A stretch of 64,000 nt of DNA, from assembly GCA_030324005.1 (NCBI GenBank), contig JARDVH010000115.1:15388675-15452674 (forward strand). Direction: 5' to 3'. The notes beneath the pieces were generated by a model. That model ran no database searches. It worked only from the letters and a program-made list of their open reading frames with translations, and was not told where the DNA came from. The position numbers were made by a program, and so were the translations under genes. This DNA comes from Negaprion brevirostris (taxonomy: Eukaryota). Below are positions 24,679-38,090 of this stretch, one piece after another (the stretch's first letter is position 1; each line of letters opens with the position of its first letter).

Positions 24679-24705
24679 CTAGGCTCTTGATGACAGTTTG
24701 TCATT
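24679..24705 (-). other. Candidate 27-nt cassette exon in last VRK1 intron carrying an in-frame TGA
   Basis: gtattttttatgttctgcag|AATGACAAACTGTCATCAAGAGCCTAG|gtaagg; strong consensus acceptor and donor; no transcript evidence. Confidence 0.45.
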
Positions 24706-25389
24706 CTGCAGAACATAAAAAATACAATGCATGGTTTTAAGTTGCGGATGTTTGGTTTTACAGTTCTGCAGACTAAATTATTGACTATATATTTCACAAT
24801 TTTTAAAATATGTGTTAGCATCTTCTCCTATTTCTAATATTCCTTCACACACAATTGTTTATTGCTCCATATCTGGCATTAACACATAGTTTGTGAGAGG
24901 ATCCAGTTTATTTTGTTATTAACGTTCATCTAATGGACTACAGTAGACTTTTAAAACTTGCAAAGTCCTCACCGTGTACATTTCTAAGCACTTCACAATC
25001 CCAAATGGAATTTCAAGTACAACCTAACCTCTGATGAACTATAATGTACAATGCAAGTAGATCTCATTGAACTAAATATGAATGTTAAAAAAAAAGCACG
25101 TCTTAAATCTACAACCGTCTATTTCATTTGGGCACAGTTCCAAAACTGTTTCCTATTTTATGTTCACTGTTTAATTTTGTAATGTAATTAATACTTTACT
25201 TTCCACAGCTGGAAATGCACACATGCATTCACAAGTTGCCATACTATAAGCAAAGACAGAAAGCAAAATAACAACATCTGTAAGTTTAAGACCTCAATTT
25301 AAACACGAGAAAATTTACTCAACAGTAATAAATCAAATTACATACATTTCCATGCATGATAAGTTACATTCCATATAAATAAATAAATT

Positions 25390-25870
25390 ACACAGGATGT
25401 TAGAGCCACTGACACACAGACGATGGCCGTCTGGCCCCCAGAGTCAATGCCAGCTCTCCAGAGCAATTCAATGTGTTCCATTCGCCCACTGTCCCCATAG
25501 CGCTGTTATTTTCCTCAAATGCTTAACCAATTTCCTTTTGAAATTACTTACCATCTCAACCTTCCATCACTTTCCTGGGCAGCAAGTTCCAAGGTCACTA
25601 TCACTTTCTGCGTGAAGAAAAGTTGTTCCTCACATCTCCCCTGTATCCCTGGCCCAAAATCTCAAAAGTTAGTGTTCCCTAGCGCTTTTACCAGCTTAGC
25701 TACTTTGTTTAAATTGGTCATAACCTTGTACAATACAATCAGATCTCCTTTAATTCTAGGGCAATAGCTTTTCAAGTCTCTGAGGACCCCTCATATACTT
25801 CCTAAATTGTGCTAACCAGAAGTGGATGCATTACTCTAGTTGTGGACTAACCAGGGCTTTATAATACGTT
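25390..25870 (-). mobile_element. Decayed CR1 3' fragment
   Basis: tcactttctgcgtgaagaaa (FFTQRV), cagatctcc, ggactaaccag motifs. Confidence 0.75.
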
Positions 25871-26923
25871 NNNNNNNNNNNNNNNNNNNNNNNNNNNNNN
25901 NNNNNNNNNNNNNNNNNNNNNNNNNNNNNNNNNNNNNNNNNNNNNNNNNNNNNNNNNNNNNNNNNNNNNNACGTTCAAGACAACTTCCCCACTTTTGCAC
26001 TCGATACATATTTACACATATAACATCTAAAGGCCACCATTTTCACCAGATAAACTATGTTACAAATGTACTTGTTGACCAAGACATTAAAGCACCATTA
26101 CAATGCCAATGTTGAACTCCAATATGGAAAATATTTTTACTCCGTAACCGCTAGCAGAAAAGGCTAGGAGTAACTGGGAGACGCGATAAGTGTGTGCTTG
26201 CTCTGGCTTTAACAGAAGCCACATTACATGACTCACTCCATCTTGTGCACTACTGTTCCTTTATGTAATCAATTACTCTTTAAAGAAGAATCTAACTGCA
26301 TGTTTATATAAAGATAGTGAAATAATTACAAATGAGCTTCTGTTACTATATGTAAATATTGCAACCAATATAAATGGTAACAAAGACTAGTAGACTCCCG
26401 CAATTACCTCTTGACTTCTTGATTTTTTAATAAAAGCAACTCAAGTTTTGAAAAGGGTTTCAAGTATTACACTCATAAATATGTTCGTCTAACAGGTTGC
26501 TACATTTTCATTTCCAAGTTATTACTAATTTTTATGCTACAGGACTATGATGCCAGTAATGTCAGTTTAGGTTCGGAGGAGGCTACATTCTTAGCCTGCC
26601 ACTGAAGCCGAGTGAAAATTTATAGAAACTTACTCCCAACGAAACTAGTTTTATGGCAGCACAAGAATTAGAGAAAAGGGTGAAAATCACACTCTCCAAC
26701 TGTTGTTTCCTCTTGTTGAATTACAAGTACAAGAAAAGCATCACAAGCAACCGCCAGGGCAATTAATTAGAACTTCATATCGCATTCATAGGGATCATTT
26801 CCTATCCTGATCGCAGAAGGAAACTGAGCATTAACGCTCACTTAAGATGTCCGGCCAGCAGTTCAAAAGGGTCACACATTCCTGACAGGCACAACACCCA
26901 AGTCCTGATCTAATTGCTCTTAC

Positions 26924-27014
26924 CTCTTGCTGTTTTTTTTGTTCGCTTTCCACCTCTTAATTCTGAATCTGAGGTGTTGCCCTCAAGATCAATTGGCTTT
27001 GAAGTACGCCGTTT
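26924..27014 (-). CDS. VRK1: VRK1 coding exon (human exon 12 equivalent), 91 nt, basic tail
   Basis: cttttttttaaag|AAA CGG CGT...GCA AGA G|gtaaga; KRRTSKPIDLEGNTSDSELRGGKRTKKTAR; phase 0 in, phase 1 out, and size agree with human exon 12 although sequence similarity is low. Confidence 0.85.
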
Positions 27015-27894
27015 CTTTAAAAAAAAGTGAAAGGCATTGATTAGTGGACAATCAAATATTATCAGCAACATGTTGGTCACTATCCTTGAGAAATAAAAGC
27101 AGCAATTAGACAAGGCTCAAAAGGACAGATGGAACAGTGGAAGGTACTGCACAAACTATTTTCCAGGAATTGTACTGATTCCAAGATTAACACAAGGTGG
27201 ACTCTTGGGTAATGTAGCTTGGCTAAGACAATGACCTTCCTTCTAGAAAGTGGGGCTTTGCACCAGACTGAAGTCATAATGATGAAAGTCTCTTTTATGT
27301 ACTGGTAACAAAAATACCTACCTACTGCTGTTTAGAACAGTTAAGCAGCATATATTACTAAAGGCTCCAAAGCACATAATTGTCCATCTCACACTCATTT
27401 TCTAATTCAAGTCAAATCGGGCATAAAGATTCCTACTGCAAGAGATTAAAAATGTTGTATTAAATGATAAACAAGCACATTGATGAGCAGATTACAAGGC
27501 CTTAAACCCTCGGACTACAGCAACAACTGACCAAGAAATGATGAAAGACAATAATATTGAAAATGTTCCACTGAGCTAAACAAGTCCATGAAGTGTAGGG
27601 TTGTTGTGTAGCAGCATTTTACTTCAAATCAAAAGTAAAGACAAAAAATAGATGAATCTAGTTGGATTGGGAAAGATTGGAGCAGATAGACAATGGCTTT
27701 CTCATTCTGTCCTTTTAATTTGCTTGAAATCAAGGGCTTGATTTTTGACTCCAGGGTGGGAACATGGCAAGCAAGCCATATGCCTGCTAAGGAGCAGCAG
27801 CAAGCAGGCTCAGCCAACTTCAATTGCTGAGTCTCTTGCTGAATTACTGGCCAAAATAGCTGGAAATTTGGCAAAGAACACACTCAAAATGGGG

Positions 27895-28700
27895 AACCTG
27901 GGTATGATTACTAGAGGTACAATAGTACAAAAACAAGGACATTACGGTGAACCTTTCTAAAACACTAATTCAGCCTCAACTGGAGTATTTTGTCCTATTC
28001 TGGGCACCAGAAGGATGTGAAGCTTTAGACAGGGTGCAGTTAAAAACTACATTGGTTTTCAGACCAGCAGCGTCTTTTTATCTTAATGTTCTCATCCTTG
28101 CTTTTGAAACTCTTGTTATCTCAGCCCGCTATAAATTCAGGGATGAGGAACTTCAGTGACGAAGACGAGAAACTGGGGCTGTTCTTCTGAGAAGGTTGAA
28201 GAGATTCGATAGAAGTGTTCAAAATCATTAAGGGCCCAGACAAAGTTAATAGAGAGAACTTGTTTCCATTGGCAGAAGGAGCAAGACCATAAATAATAGA
28301 AACAGAAGTAGGCCATTCAGCCCCTCAAGCCTGCTCCACCATTCATGACTGATCCAACATTCAAGTCCACATTCCTTTCCCTGTATCTATTGATTCCCTT
28401 ACTGGTCAAAAATCTATCTACCTCAGCCTTCAGTATACATAAGGACCCTGCCCCCACAGTTCTGTGGCTAAAGACTCTCAACACTCAGAAGAAATTCCTG
28501 CTCTTTTTAAGTCTTAACCTGGCACCCTTTTACTCTGAGGTCAGGTCCTCTGGACCAGAGGATACCTGATTTAAGATGAATGGCAAAAGAAGCAAAGCCG
28601 ACACACAGAAAAACATTTCTTAAAAAATACGAGTGATTTGAATCTGAAATTCACTGTCTGACAGGGAGGTGGAAGTAGATTCAAATGTGACTTGCATAAA
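27895..28700 (+). mobile_element. CR1 fragment interrupted by a 91-bp templated insert and by an antisense CR1 3' end (about 28292-28550)
   Basis: KTLIQPQLEYFVLFWAP...ALDRVQ motif; resumes cagggatgaggaacttcag; ggaccag-like sequence on both sides of the nested copy. Confidence 0.8.
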
Positions 28701-29190
28701 ACATAGATGTAATTTAAGTCCAAGTTATTATGTAAACTTGGAATAGGTGTTCGGGCATCGGTCTGTAAATCACCAAAGAGTAAGAGTAATTGTTTAACTG
28801 ACTTATAATAGTGTCTTTAATATAATAAAACATTCTAAAATGCTTCACAGATGGGGTGATCAAGCAAAATGTTATACTGAGCCACATAAGGAGCTATTAG
28901 AGCACATACCAAATGTTTGGTCAAAGTGATAGGTTTTCAGGAATAAAGAAAGGTAGAGAAATGGAAGGAATGCCAGAGCTCAAGGCATTGGCAATTTAAG
29001 ACACAGCTACCAAAAAGTGGAGCGATTAAATTCAGGGAGGCGCACAAGAATAAAATTGGAGGACAGCAGAGGCCTGAGAGCGATTGGATGAAGGTTACAA
29101 ATTTATAGAGGGCTGAGATAACTAGAGTTTCAAAAGCAAGGATGAGAACAGTAAGATAAAAAGGCGCTGCTGGTCTGAAAACCAATGTAG
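28047..29190. repeat. 91-bp inverted repeat pair (28047-28137 and 29100-29190)
   Basis: Reverse-complement comparison: 87/91 identical. Confidence 0.95.
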
Positions 29191-29410
29191 GTCAGTGAGC
29201 ATATTGGGTGTTATGGGAATGAGACACGGAGCCTAGATATGGACAGCAGTTTGGATGCGGTCAATTGTATGTCATGTGGTAGATTGGACTCCTGCCTGGA
29301 GAGCATTGGAATAATCAAGAGAACAAAGGCTGGATGAAGGTTTTAGCAGTTCAGCAGTCCCACCATACAATGTCATATATTGATATCACAAAAGAGATGG
29401 AGTTGAGTAA
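28805..29410 (-). mobile_element. Decayed L2-like LINE 3' region
   Basis: gagccacataaggag...ttggtcaaagtgataggtttt...ccaatgtaggtcagtgagca motifs. Confidence 0.7.
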
Positions 29411-30649
29411 GTGAGGAGAAATCATTCAGTTCCAACCATTATGGCTGAGACTGCAGNNNNNNNNNNCATTTAAAGAATGAAAACAGTCTACAGTGGTTAT
29501 GTTTAACTGAAAATTCTTCCTCATACCAATGAATGAAACCAAATTCAGGTATCCTCATAGACTTGTATAACACATTGCTGAGACACATCTGATACATACC
29601 AATTAGTAGATAATAAAAGTAAGATTGGATGGTTATCTGCTGGCATGCCACAGTTTTAATTTTTAAAAACCACTGGTACATTAAGTGTCTTAGAGGTGAC
29701 CTCACTTCGTAACAGGAGCTTTGCTCTACTAGTTTGCTACCAGCTCACTAAAACATACATTCCGATGGAGCTAAAAATACACATAAATGACTAATTCTTT
29801 GCAAAGTCAAAACAAAACAGCTACGGCAACATGAACAAACTGAAATGTTATTGTCGGTTCAAAATCAACTGGAGTATTATGAGCCACTCTTCCAGTTCAA
29901 TGTTTGATTTTCAACTTCAAATAGAAAGCAGCCAGCTTTTCATATCCAAATGTTGACCTCATTATCCCAGAAATGAAGTGACCCCCCCACCGCATTACAA
30001 GATCTAGACCTGTGATCACGAAGTTGACTGAGATAGATTCATCTGTAAACTCAAGTTGTGGATCATTTAAAATGTCTCCAGAAAAATGTAATTTAACGTG
30101 TCATTAAATCTCATCTTTGTTCAAACCACCTTCCACAATATTCTTTATCTAAAGGATATTCCTGTTCTGCTACAATGTAGGGTGCATCAGTAGAAATCTG
30201 TACATTAATGTACTGTGGAAGTATTCATCTGGACATGCATACCACCAACTCATTCCAAGTGTCCAACAACTAGACGTTCCTTCAGTATGTTGGTAAAAAC
30301 TGATTTAAAAAAAATAGAGTAAGTTACTTTGCTTTAATTTTAAGCTTATTTGTATGACAACTGATTGGATACACTGCAACACATGCCTTCACAAATGAGT
30401 ACCCTATTCAATGAACAGAAAGGTTATCAAGGATAAAATACAATAAACTTAAGACGATTGGTCTTGAGGCTATTTAAAGACTAAGTGATTTGTAGACAAT
30501 AGCAAATGTTTGAACTTGTAACCTAAACGAATAGAAATGTTTCATCTTGAGATGCTAGTTATTGTCATGTTGCTCTTTGTCTTTTGTCAACTGCTGTTCA
30601 TAGCATATGCAGAAAGATATTTGCTATGTAACATATGTGGATGACCCAA

Positions 30650-31330
30650 CCTACCTTTCTGGTCACCTATGTCTGCTGATATTGTAACTAGTTCCCTCTC
30701 CAGAAACTCCATCTTAACCTTTCTGAAAATTATTAGCCTAGCTCCAATCTCTCTTTCTTTTAAAAGTCCTCGGATGGAAAGTTATCCCCCAAATGCATGT
30801 CTACCTTTTCTGAAACTCCATATTCAAATTTCACAATAGCTCTCTAACCGTGCCACCTGCACTGAAATGGCCCGAATCAAAATTACAAATGATATGCCCT
30901 GTGAACCTTCTCACCCATCTCAACTTATTTCCATTCATTGACATGGTAAACTACACCATTTTCCATGAATGCCCATTCTCTGATGTACAATTCCATTGTT
31001 CATCTCTTAGCTACCCAATAATATCCAGCAATAGCTTGCTTTCTGTTCCACACACTATTACCTCTGAAGTCCTTCAAGTATCTAACTTGATTTTTCCTTC
31101 TCTTCTCTTTTCCTGCATTCCCTTTGAAAGCTGTATCTTTGGCCATTTAGCTGTCTATACTAGAACTCCCTTCCAAAACCGCTCATCCTCTCTCCTCCAA
31201 TAACTTCCTTAACACCCATGTCAGAACAAGCATTCAAGTCGCCTCTCTTTCAGTGTCCATTTTTGTTTGATTGCAATTCTTTGAAACAGCTCAAGTTGTT
31301 TTTAAAGGCATTATGTCATGGCAAGTTGTT
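30650..31330 (+). mobile_element. Highly decayed L2-like fragment
   Basis: Pyrimidine-rich; echoes L2 RT (ccattcattgacatggtaaactacaccatt) and tail (ggcattatgtcatggcaagttgttg). Confidence 0.5.
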
Positions 31331-34234
31331 GCTGCATATAGACTGATAAACAGGATTGAGATTTACAGTGATGGCTAACATTGCTCTCTTTTTGTTACCT
31401 TTGGATAGAAAGCAGGAAATTATAAATTGCTATGTTTGGATAATCAACAGGTTGCATAAGAAAACCCACGATAAATAAATCATACATGGACTAGAGATGG
31501 AGTAGATTGGTTAGGTTGAAAGTTCTGCATTTTATAACTAAATTCGGAACAATCTAAAAGCATATTCACTTTCAAATTATTCAACGTGATATGTAACTAA
31601 CGCTTCACAATTTTATAAATCCTTTTTCTTATTGGGTGACACACAATTTGAGAAACAACCTCCTTATAGGCTCTGTTGGACTACTCTATAATTACCAACC
31701 AGCTAACTGCAAAAGGTATTTTATGTGTGTGTGGCATACCATTCTGCGTTGATCAACATCCCAAGACAGCACCCACAACTACCAACACACTTGGAGGGGG
31801 CGATGCACGAGGAGAGAGACGAGAGCTGATTGACCTGCAGACTTACTGAACAGAAATCTTCAATATATTAAACCAATTGATATGTCATATATGTCATTAT
31901 AATGCTGGTAAACTACACAATATGCAAATTAAAGAGATGCTCAATCTAGTGCTTGAGTGGCAACTGAACAGTTGTGAGCTTGCAAACATCCAATGGCTCA
32001 AGCCACTTTTTTTTACATGTTAGCGAACAGAATAATTATTCAATACCACAGCTGTTCATTCGCAGAGTTAAGGGCTTAAAAAAAGGATGAGGAACCTTTC
32101 ATTGGCTGAACGCAATTAATAGCTGGAATATTTCAAAGGATTGCACTCCATTTTGCAGCGGCATATATGCAGAAATACACATTTGGTATGAAACCGTATG
32201 TTTAAAAATCTTAAATTCTCCTCCTCTTCATGATCCTGCCCATTCAACCCTCCAATGACCCACAGTTCAAACCTTCCGGTCTTCAGATTCTAGTTAAGTT
32301 TACAGCCATTCCTTTTCTCCACCACAGGCTGCCACATCTTAAACTGCTGAAACTAAATGCTCTGGAACTCCCTCAGCCTCAGTTCCCTCTCCTCATTTTA
32401 GACGTTCCCTAAAACACTTCAAGTTTACAACATGTCTAATTGCCGCTCATAATCCTTTATGTGACATGGAATCCTTTTTTTAGATTATGTTTGTGAGGCA
32501 ATTGTTTTTTTCCTACATTGAAGGTGCTATGTAAATATAATGTGTTGCTTAAAAGCACATCTTGTGCTTTATTTTCAGACAAGACCATGAGCCATAGAAT
32601 AATTCTACCTCAAGTGTATCATTAAAATTTGATTTAATCACTACTATTTGGAATACTAGCAGTGGATTAGTCACAGATGTGTGGAATAGACAGTTTAATA
32701 AAATGTAAATTCACACCACTTCCATCGTTTAATTTAAAGTCAGAATATTCAGCAATATAGTTCACTTAATCAAACAATGTTTAGTAGCCATCCACAAGAC
32801 AGCAAGTACTGTTACTTAGATGATATAAACACCAAAGGAATCATATCATGCAAGATACACATTTGAAGCAATGATTACATCAGACCGCCTGGTTTAATTT
32901 GTTGATTTAGGAAACCTTTACACCAAACAGAAGCTTGCCCAAACGTGCACACATTTCAAGCAGCCCTACAAGAAAATAATGTCGCTGGCAACTGAACAAT
33001 TGTTTTACTGTAACAGGTACAAGTAATGATCCAACATACGTATATTTATTAAAAAACACACACACAGCATTATATTTGTTTTAAAAGCTTTGGATGGCAT
33101 CCTAGATAAGCAGACAATAAAAAGGATAAAGTCAAGACTTAAGCTGCAATTAGTCAAATACTATGGCAGATCATTGTTTAGCTAATTGTTTTCCCATAGC
33201 CAAATGGCGAGCTCAGCCAAGGAATCAATACAAGGATCACGGTTGGTGCTAGCTGGCTCAAGAAATTGAGTACAGCTAATTCTCCTCCGTGTTTCAACAA
33301 ATTTTTGAAATTCTTCTATTTCCATTTTAAACCTTGGAAACTATCCAGGGCACACTACATAGTATTTTATCATTTCATAATAACTCTGAGCAAGTTTTAA
33401 AATGTTTAGCAACAACTGGCTTAGACTCTAATCACAGCAATTATTTTAACATGCTGACTGCTACTTAATACTGCATTTCATTTTAAAGATGTTACACATT
33501 TTTCCAACTGCTTGTGAAAAAAAGGGTTTTGTGTAGCTGTTAATGAAATTTGGCATTTTGTTTTCCTTTTTTTTGAGGGCTTATGTCGCTGCTTTGTGCA
33601 CTACCATCTTGGCCAATAGCTGCTACATGTAATCAACAGGCCACAATGGCTCATCTCTGCAATGGCTGATTTTACATTGAAAATGTAACAGCAGGTTGCT
33701 AAGAGTTTTCTTTTGGATGCGCAGTAATGAATCAACAGCTAGGATTCACAGCTACCAAAGAGTAGTGTGCATCTTTTCCCTTCATCTCTGCCTCATCATT
33801 ACCATCTAAACCCTGCTGCGCTGAACAGATTGGTTTGATAATTACACACAATAACTGCAGTGGGCACATAACCCTCAGCTGGCACAGGGCAGATCCCGAG
33901 CGGCAAGTTCCATATGTAAACTACACTGATTAAGTGTACGAGGTACATCCTCCCCTGCCTGTCTGCAGCTCTGATTAGAAGCATTCAGACACTGATATTA
34001 CCATATGTCATCAAAATCATGAGGTAGCAGGTCAACCAAGAGTTATAAAATTTTCAAAGTGCTATTTAATCCATCACTTTGTTCTACTGTGGAACAATTA
34101 CAGACACAGTACAGCCCTAGATTAAAAGCTGTAATCTCAAATGTAAACCTTTAATCAAGATTTCATGCCACTTCAGAAATTCTCATTTTTCACTTAATAG
34201 TTTTCCCTCTGTTATCATTCCCTTTTCCATTCCC

Positions 34235-34520
34235 CTGAAGGCAGTGACACTTTGCAAAGCTTCGACAACACTGTGGTACCTCACCCAAATGGTCATCTAT
34301 CACACTTGAGCCAAGACAGCAAGTGCTGACAGATTAGTTGTCAGCATAGGGCGTCAGTCAAGCCCACCCTCATCTCAATCCCAATGCCTATATGCATACT
34401 TTCCAACACGAGTCACCGAAAAGCTTTCAGGAATGGGAATTTTGGATTTTTTCCCCCCCTCATTTGATCAGGGACACCAAGAAAGGCAATTATATAGCAG
34501 CTTCTGTGTCAAACATCATA
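34235..34520 (-). mobile_element. Ancient SINE remnant, possibly LF-SINE-like
   Basis: ggtacctcacccaaatggtcat motif recalled from old shark SINEs; not verified. Confidence 0.3.
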
Positions 34521-34969
34521 CAGCTCTTCAATACTATAAATTACTTTAAAGGGCAGCTTATGACCAAAAAAAAAGATATTTTGGAACATTTAAGGACACC
34601 TATTGTCCAGTTCACATGGACTGTTAAGAAATGTTATGCTCAGGGTCAAAAATATTTTCATTCCCACCATATCTTACGTATCCCACTAACTGTCTAAAGT
34701 TTGTGTTTTTGCAGTAGTGTAATACCCATGCCAATAAAGCATCAGTTAGGCTCAATTGGCAGCATACTTGTCTAAGCCAGAAGGTTGCAGTTCAAGCTCC
34801 AGCATTGGTTCCTCAGCATTCCTCCCTCAAGCACCATCAAAAACAGATTGTCTGGTCATTCGTGTACTGAATGCCCTTGAAAACTGGCTGCTGTATGTAC
34901 GGCAAGAAAAATGAATGGTTAGAGCAACAATGAATATTTTATTTTTTATAATCAACAGTTTCTCACAGC

Positions 34970-35420
34970 AGCTCACCCTCAACTGAGCTTCTGACAACTC
35001 AACTACTCCAGTGCTTTCTGGTTGGCCTACCATTCTCCAACTCATCTGTAACTCTGTTGCCCAGCAAGACCTGCTCACTCATTAATCTCTATCCTCAATA
35101 ATCCATACAAGCTCCTGGTACCCCCTCCTGTCAAATTTATGATCCTTATCCTTGTGTATAAATGTCTTTCCTAGCTTAATGCCCCTACCCACCTCACACT
35201 CTCTCTATCCTAATAAGCCCCTACCTCCAACTCAAGATTTGTGCACTTATTTGGCTAACCTTTTAGTACATTCTGCATTCCTTTGTCCCACCATTGACAA
35301 CACTAGAATTTCTTTCCTAAACCTCACCATCTCCGTCTCATCCCCTAAAATTCTTAGAAAACAATTTTTGGACCAAGCACTTGATGAAGCTCTTCTAATA
35401 CTCCTTTTTTTCCAGTGAGA
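34970..35420 (+). mobile_element. Decayed L2-like 3' region
   Basis: ctttctggttggcct...ccaactcatctgtaactctgttgcc...tttgaccaagc-like motifs. Confidence 0.55.
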
Positions 35421-36689
35421 GTCTGCACCTTTACATCTACTTTAAATAATTAGAAATTTCACTGGCAAAGGTGAGGTGAACTTTATGCATGAAATTACAG
35501 AAACGTGGAACCTGGTTTTCCCCAATTAGACGAGTTAGAATGGTTGCTACAACTTGATGTTATCCGTCACACAATTCACAGATTCAATGTCACCAGTGCC
35601 AAACTGGTCGATGCAAAATAGTCACACAAGGAACTACAACCTTTTAAAAACCTAAATGCAAGTTACTGTCTAGTGGGCACATCAAAGGAGCACTTGTATG
35701 CTTGACACATATGCTGACGGAACTGGTCTGGGCAGTTATCCATCTGTAATAGCCAGCTGCCTCATTCATTCTGACACATGCTGCAGAATCTGCTGTAGCT
35801 TAAATGACAACCTCTGAAGTGTCTGTTCTTAGTTGATCTTTATCAATTATTTAAATGGCTTCAATCTGAATGGGCCAATTGCCTTTGGCCAGCAAGCATT
35901 CCCTCCTATTCCTCACCCAATTTATTTGGGACTAATCATCCGAACACTTGCACCATCTTCTCTTCTGGCTTTAGAATACAGACAGTAAGATAAATCCACA
36001 TCAGATGCAAGCATCAACTGTATCAGCACTACCAGCAAATCAAACTTGTTCCTTTACATTAAACACCAGCAGTGCATTAGCCCAATATTTTATAATATAA
36101 TTGTATTTCACTTAAATGTGGAAGACTGGGGAAAATTGGAAAAACGTGGTTTTCGGACACATGCAACCTTTGGGAAAATTCACTCTTCCTATTTCTTCCC
36201 TTTGCTAATTAGATATTTCTTCAAGAATACAACACTACACTTCAGCAAGACAGATAAGCTGAACTGGAAGTGTCCAGAACTGGTTACCAAGTACAAGAGG
36301 AGTTCATTTTTATTTCCTAAATTTCCTGAAATTGCATTTTGGCAAAAGGAAAGCACAGATAGGCAGGAGGTACAAAACTCAAGAGAGAGAAAATACTTCA
36401 AAATGTCCTCAAAAATCATATCTGTTATTTTCTACTATGCACTAAACTTTTTATAATGTTTCCANNNNNNNNNNNNNNNNNNNNNNNNNNNNNNNNNNNN
36501 NNNNNNNNNNNNNNNNNNNNNNNNNNNNNNNNNNNNNNNNNNNNNNNNNNNNNNNNNNNNNNNNNNNNNNNNNNNNNNNNNNNNNNNNNNNNNNNNNNNN
36601 NNNNNNNNNNNNNNNNNNNNNNNNNNNNNNNNNNNNNNNNNNNNNNNNNNNNNNNNNNNNNNNNNNNNNNNNNNNNNNNNNNNNNNNNN

Positions 36690-36946
36690 AATTCCCAGCT
36701 TGGGTCACTGTCTGTATGGAGTTTGCCTGTTCTCCCTCTACTTACGTGGGTTTCTTCTGGGTGCTCCGGTTTCCTCCCACAGTCCAAAGATGTGCAGGTT
36801 ACGTTGACTGGCCATGCTAAATTGCCCTTAGTGTCAGAGGACTAGCTAGGATAAATATGTAGGGTATGGGGATAGGGTGAGATTATTGTCAGTACAGACT
36901 CGATGGGTCAAATGGTCTGCTCTAGACTGTAGGCATTCTATGATTC
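36690..36946 (+). mobile_element. HE1-like V-SINE, tail A (head in gap)
   Basis: attcccagcttgggtcactgtctg...gactcgatggg...attctatgattc. Confidence 0.9.
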
Positions 36947-37944
36947 AATGCTGCAGGATTTTTTTTTACATCCACCTGAGAGAACCAAGGGCAAAGCTTG
37001 GCTGAACAACTTCAATACATGTTAGAAATGTTACGGTTACACATTTGCAGTCATCTTGAAATATTCCAAAGTCAAAATTCAGACCCATCTTTCACCTTTA
37101 AAAAAAGTGAACTGGAGAAATGTATTAATTCAATAAAATGATTTGCAATGTACCTGTACATTAGTTTCATCAAAGGGAATAAGCTTAACAACTAGCAGTT
37201 CACAACGTTGGATAGTTACATACGTATTGGGAACAGACTGTGCTTACCAGAGTAGTTGTACTTTTCTACCTCCATGCTTAAAAAGTCTAATAACTTGTTT
37301 GTAGTGACCAATGTTCTTCTACTCTTCAAAACAAAAGCAATTTGGCTCTCACTCTTTCCTATAAACATTGTTACTTTAGAGCTTTAGAAATAAAAGTAGC
37401 CTTTTGATGGGTTTTGTTTATTCCAGAAGCCCCAAATGCAGAATTACTGCTAGTACAAGTGAGCACCAATTTAATTAGCAGCAAATTAACCATGTTCCAT
37501 CAGCCTACCTTTCCTTCAAATCACTTTAACAGGACTAATTTCAAATAAGGCACTGGATTCTCAGTGCAGCAAGCTGGAACTCAAATTAGAATTTACAAAA
37601 AACTTTAGAAACAAGGAAAGTTGCACTCACTTTCAAGTGTTCCACTATGTCAAGGGGAACCAATTAAAGAAATTCCAATTTAAAATGTTCAAGTGGAGAG
37701 AACACAACTAGCAGTGGCCATTTTTTGCAGCCAGACTGTTTTCAGATCTCCTTGACCTGTTTTCCTTCAAACAACTATTCGACTTGATCTTGAGCGCTGA
37801 GCTAATTTCAGCCGCAACCACTGATCTTCGAAGTAAATTCAAGTCTTAAAGCTCTACATGAAGTGGTTTCTCCTCACTCTATAAATTTTGTGTGTTCATT
37901 CTTGTATCTATGGCCTTTTATCACACACGGGAAACCAAGATGTG

Positions 37945-38090
37945 AAGATGCCAGCATCAGACTGGGGTGGGCACAGTAAGAAGTTTCACAACACCTGATG
38001 GAGGAGCAGCGCTCTGAAAGCTCGTGATTCCAAATAAACCTGTTGGACTTTAACCTGATGTTGAGAGACTTCTTAACTGTGCACACACTG
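37945..38090 (+). mobile_element. Penelope-like element terminal remnant with inverted termini
   Basis: cacctgatggaggagcagcgctctgaaagctcgtg...aataaacctgttggactttaacctg; inverted repeat 37971-37995 / 38057-38082. Confidence 0.75.
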
